DNA of 34,757 bases from a virus. The DNA is taken from the IMG/VR virus record IMGVR_UViG_3300046517_002090; one strand, 5' to 3'. The translations under genes were made by a program, and so were the position numbers. The notes below the pieces were generated by a model that was given only the letters and a program-made list of their open reading frames with translations, was not told where the DNA came from and did no database searches. Below are positions 31,578 to 34,757 of this stretch, one piece after another (within the stretch, counting starts at the first letter, position 1; every line of letters begins with the position of its first letter).

Positions 31578-31913
31578 TTAACCTGAAGGCTGTAATGTAC
31601 AAAATAAAGAGGTGCCGCCTGCTGAACTCGATTGTACAGCGCGGATTTGGTCGTCATAAACCATATCTTCAATAAAAAAGATTCCTGCAGCTGTTGCGCT
31701 CACAAGTGTACCATTGCGATCTTTAAGAGGAATCCATGTATTTGCTGAGAGATTTGTAGGAGCAGCAACTTGTAGAGCAATTGTCGCTCCTGCAAACGTA
31801 CCAAATATTTTAACGCAGGCTTTATGATTAGGAAAACTAAAGTTTTTCACCGCAGAATTAGCATCTGTTGTTTGTGTGTTAAACAATACGATGGTATCTG
31901 CAGGCGAAGCCAT
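31578..31913 (-). CDS. 111-aa small beta-rich protein, paralogue B of 1043..1378; last gene of the late operon
   Basis: See 1043..1378. SD AGGT upstream. Confidence 0.7.
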   Translation of the reverse strand: MASPADTIVLFNTQTTDANSAVKNFSFPNHKACVKIFGTFAGATIALQVAAPTNLSANTWIPLKDRNGTLVSATAAGIFFIEDMVYDDQIRAVQSSSAGGTSLFCTLQPSG

Positions 31914-31921
31914 TTATTAAC

Positions 31922-32167
31922 CTAATAGCGTGGATTTGTTTCTGCTTCGTCTTGTTCCATACGAGCTTGCTTGCCATTCATCTTGCGAGCATACTGGCCT
32001 TCCATAGGCTCTTTCATATTCATGACCCCACCTATATGGAATTCAGCTACTATGCCTTTTTTATAGTCATAGCTTTCATCTTTCGCAGGAGAGAAGCAAA
32101 ATTGATCTTTAATCCCCTCATGTTGATTTTTGCTAAAATTTTTGGACATATCGTAAGAACCAGCCAT
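31922..32167 (-). CDS. Hypothetical protein (81 aa)
   Basis: ORF track only. Confidence 0.5.
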   Translation of the reverse strand: MAGSYDMSKNFSKNQHEGIKDQFCFSPAKDESYDYKKGIVAEFHIGGVMNMKEPMEGQYARKMNGKQARMEQDEAETNPRY

Positions 32168-32228
32168 GGTAACCTATTGTAAATTATATTCTATTTAGAC
32201 AATAGCATTTATACGCATACAGTCAACA

Positions 32229-32387
32229 TTATTTCTTCTTTGATTTTGGCTTTGATTTACTAGCTCTAGCTTCACTATATGCTATAGCTACGGCTTGTTT
32301 CTGAGGTTTCCCAGCTTCTACTTCTCTGCGTATATTCTCTGAAAATCCTTTTTTACTCCTAGCAGCTGCACCTTTAACTAATGGCAT
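32229..32387 (-). CDS. Small basic protein (52 aa, not in track), DUF6496-like
   Basis: Manual translation gives MPLVKGAAARSKKGFSENIRREVEAGKPQKQAVAIAYSEARASKSKPKSKKK. Overlaps the upstream gene by 14 nt. Confidence 0.55.
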   Translation of the reverse strand: MPLVKGAAARSKKGFSENIRREVEAGKPQKQAVAIAYSEARASKSKPKSKKK

Positions 32388-32919
32388 TTTTATTACCTAA
32401 TTGATTGTGTAAATCTTGGAGTGATTTTTGAATATTTGGGATCTCCATCATAAAGCCTTTAATAGCTTGTATAGCCCCTTTAGTCTCCATCACGGCTGCT
32501 TGAATAGCCATTAATTCTGCTTTAGTGTTTTGCAGCTCTAGAGAAGTACTATTCTCTACTTTTGTAACACGATCATTCATTACATCCATGTGGTTTACCA
32601 GATTGGGTTCTTTTATTTCGCGTGATGAGGGATATTTTTTCTTAATTGTATGTATATGCTTTAGCCATTCAGTAAAACCAAAATTATACATAATGTCTAA
32701 TTGAGCTTCTATTGGTGGATATTCCTTCTGGCGTTGCCGTTGGTATTCTTTAGCCTTATAATCTTTTTGTGCTTGCGACCATGCTATTTCTAGATCTACT
32801 TCTGTAGGTTTTGGTAATTCATTATCTTGATGCCAATCTAAAGATTCATATGTGTCGCCACAGGAGTAAACCGATGTTGTTCCTTTGCGATACCATTCTA
32901 TTGCTCCCCATAAATGCAT
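32374..32919 (-). CDS. XkdW-like / tail-fibre-associated protein with a C-terminal coiled coil (181 aa)
   Basis: SD AAGGAG upstream. The EYPPIEAQLDIMYNFGFTEWLKHIHTIKKKYP motif resembles the YP.I..QLD..Y motif of XkdW-type phage proteins (from memory). Confidence 0.5.
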   Translation of the reverse strand: MHLWGAIEWYRKGTTSVYSCGDTYESLDWHQDNELPKPTEVDLEIAWSQAQKDYKAKEYQRQRQKEYPPIEAQLDIMYNFGFTEWLKHIHTIKKKYPSSREIKEPNLVNHMDVMNDRVTKVENSTSLELQNTKAELMAIQAAVMETKGAIQAIKGFMMEIPNIQKSLQDLHNQLGNKNAIS

Positions 32920-32931
32920 AATAATTTCTCC

Positions 32932-33504
32932 TTATGGAATTAATGAATTAGTATTTGCTTCTTCTAAGAAGATATTGGTGATTGCAGTATGACCTGTGGG
33001 ACTAGGATGCGCCCAATCTTCATATAATCCATCAAAATCTGTTGAAGTATAATAAAAATAGAAATGACAAAACCTACGATACATATCAATTACAGCAATA
33101 CTTTCTTCATATCCTATTTCTGCTAAGGCTACTAGATAAGGAGGGAATGGTGTAATTTGTGGAGTACTTCTACCTAGAGGTGGGCTAAAAATAACTGGCT
33201 CAATCCCATTAGCTTTTAATGTTTGCACTATAGATTTCATAGAAGCTTTATAAGATGCTACGGTCACACCATTATACACATCATTAGTGCCATACATGAT
33301 TACGCAACTTTTGGGACTATATGCTAAGACATCAGCACTTAATCTTGCAACCCCACCTGCAGCTGTATCGTTTGCCAATCCAGAGTTTATAATAGTGCTA
33401 AATCCTCTAGCATTACCTATTTTATAAGAGAATATATCAGTGGCACTAACTCCAGTTCTTACGCCTAAAGTGATTGAGTCGCCTAAGAATACTACTGTGG
33501 ACAT
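32932..33504 (-). CDS. SGNH/GDSL-family hydrolase (esterase/deacetylase), 190 aa
   Basis: Block I VVFLGDSITLG, block III MYGTNDV, block V DWAHPSPTGH. Lies directly downstream of the 716-aa fibre. Confidence 0.8.
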   Translation of the reverse strand: MSTVVFLGDSITLGVRTGVSATDIFSYKIGNARGFSTIINSGLANDTAAGGVARLSADVLAYSPKSCVIMYGTNDVYNGVTVASYKASMKSIVQTLKANGIEPVIFSPPLGRSTPQITPFPPYLVALAEIGYEESIAVIDMYRRFCHFYFYYTSTDFDGLYEDWAHPSPTGHTAITNIFLEEANTNSLIP

Positions 33505-33522
33505 TTTGACCTATAAATTAAA

Positions 33523-34757
33523 TTACGCATGAATCTCCTGCACTATAATAGAACTTGCGGTTCTTGGGAATCCACCAGTATTTGTATCGGTTATTGAAGC
33601 ATTAATAGCTACTGCAGCCGCGCCAGAAACTGACAAGTATTGGATTTTGTATGTTGTCGCTGATGTTGTAGCAGGCGAATCTAAGAATACAACTGTACAA
33701 CTATTCATGCCAGAAGCAGAATTCACATTACTTGAAGCAGAACCTGCAGTTCTTGAGCCAACTGATGTACCAATAGAAATTGCTGTAGAACCACGGACTA
33801 CTTGTATTATTGGTGATGTTGTTAAATTACTGGACATTTGTAAACTTGCCGTGACTAAAACGGTACTTGATGCAGATGTTGGTGTTATTGTTACTGAAAG
33901 ACCAGCTGCATCTACATATGAACTCGATGAAGTAGTTAATGGCGTTGTTAAAACCGTACTAATAGTCTGTACTACACTACCAGTAATACCATTATCCCAT
34001 GTCGCATCCCCCATCCAAAATGTATTAGCCGAAGCATTTGTACCTGAATTTAAATTTGCTACAGGGAGATTGCCAGTAACACCATTAGCTAGATTAACTT
34101 GTGCCCATGCTGGATTATTAGTAGTGCCTGTATTAGATAAATATCTCGTAGCATTAGTATCTTTAGCAAGCATCGTAAGTACATTAGTAGCTGATCCATA
34201 GATTAAATCACCTTGAGCTGCAGTTGAAGGATGGGTAAGAGTAGACCAAGTCGGTGCTGCTGTTGCTCCAGATAATAATAATTGTCCTGCTGTTGCAGTA
34301 CCTGAGAGAATTGCGCCTGCTGATCCAGTTGAATAGAATATACCACCATTACTTGCAGTAAGATTGGCATTTGTACCACCTTTTGCAAGTGGTACGAGGT
34401 TATTATAAGTAGTAGCATTACCTACACTTGTCACATCACCTGTCATATTGGCATTTGTAGTGACAGTTGCAGCATTACCTGTAATACTTATATTCCAAGT
34501 CCCAGTTGCTCCAGTCCCTGTAGTTGGTACAAGTGTAGTAGTTCCCGCTGGTAGTGTTGCATTAGTGGTTGCTGTCGATGTTAGAGTAGTACTAAAAGCA
34601 CCGCTAGTAATAAGGTTGCCACCAAGAGTGATAGTGCTTGTGCCATTATTAATCCCCGTCCCACCATATATAGGACTAATAATTGTTGCATTCCAAACAC
34701 CTGTAGTAATAGTTCCAACTGTTACTAAATTAGGTAAAGCAGTTACAGCAGATGTAA
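33523..34757 (-). CDS. Tail fibre protein, 3' part of the junction-spanning ORF. The M at 34446 in the track is internal.
   Basis: The open frame continues upstream of 34446 to the window edge in the same phase as 1..1043. The sequence is T/S/G/A/N-rich and contains [15 protein letters not shown]. The C-terminal ~150 aa is beta-rich and knob-like. Confidence 0.85.
   Translation of the reverse strand, partial: TSAVTALPNLVTVGTITTGVWNATIISPIYGGTGINNGTSTITLGGNLITSGAFSTTLTSTATTNATLPAGTTTLVPTTGTGATGTWNISITGNAATVTTNANMTGDVTSVGNATTYNNLVPLAKGGTNANLTASNGGIFYSTGSAGAILSGTATAGQLLLSGATAAPTWSTLTHPSTAAQGDLIYGSATNVLTMLAKDTNATRYLSNTGTTNNPAWAQVNLANGVTGNLPVANLNSGTNASANTFWMGDATWDNGITGSVVQTISTVLTTPLTTSSSSYVDAAGLSVTITPTSASSTVLVTASLQMSSNLTTSPIIQVVRGSTAISIGTSVGSRTAGSASSNVNSASGMNSCTVVFLDSPATTSATTYKIQYLSVSGAAAVAINASITDTNTGGFPRTASSIIVQEIHA
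34631..34757. repeat. Terminal overlap, copy 2 (identical to 1..127)
   Basis: Same as copy 1. The unique genome length is 34,630 bp. Confidence 0.97.

Noticed and set aside
34631-34757. The 127-bp terminal repeat as a genuine T7-like direct terminal repeat
   Set aside because: It lies in the middle of an in-frame tail-fibre ORF, and its length equals a typical maximal assembly k-mer. The physical ends cannot be inferred from this.
1-34757. CRISPR arrays, mini-arrays, retron msr/msd or toxin-antitoxin pairs
   Set aside because: By eye there are no regularly spaced direct repeats of 24-40 nt. There is no reverse transcriptase and no recognisable toxin or antitoxin domain pair. A computational repeat search would be needed to exclude short arrays completely.

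Overview
All calls were made by eye from the sequence and the ORF track, with no database searches. The window is a complete, circularly closed tailed-phage genome with a podovirus-like gene order. Bases 1-127 recur exactly at 34631-34757, so the unique length is 34,630 bp, and a 716-aa tail-fibre ORF reads in frame across that junction. The DNA is AT-rich and densely coded.

The minus strand carries one long morphogenesis operon, running 19158 down to 1 and wrapping to 31578. It encodes terS, terL, two small coiled-coil proteins, portal, scaffold, an N4-gp56-like major capsid, a decoration-like protein, an adaptor/tubular-A-like protein, a tail-collar fibre and a 707-aa nozzle-like protein. 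These are followed by Q/G-rich internal virion proteins, two large repeat-rich tail fibres, a free-standing SGNH/GDSL esterase and small accessory proteins.

The region 19.2-31.5 kb is early/accessory. It holds a VRR-NUC nuclease, winged-helix initiator-like genes and a YqaJ exonuclease - HNH endonuclease - RecT operon. It also holds tRNA-Ser(UGA), an AlpA-like HTH protein, an ankyrin-repeat gene with its own promoter and terminators, and a second tRNA-like gene with a non-canonical anticodon arm. A Gin/Hin-type small serine recombinase is followed by two very acidic small proteins.

I could not recognise a DNA or RNA polymerase, primase/helicase, tyrosine or large-serine integrase, CI/Cro-type repressor, endolysin or CRISPR array.

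The observations most worth follow-up are:
- the orphan invertase operon next to a duplicated host-recognition module
- the aberrant tRNA-like gene
- the ankyrin moron
- a GC-enriched structured leader that can sequester the capsid-gene SD
- a promoter-to-terminator sRNA candidate
- a structured 140-nt intergenic element
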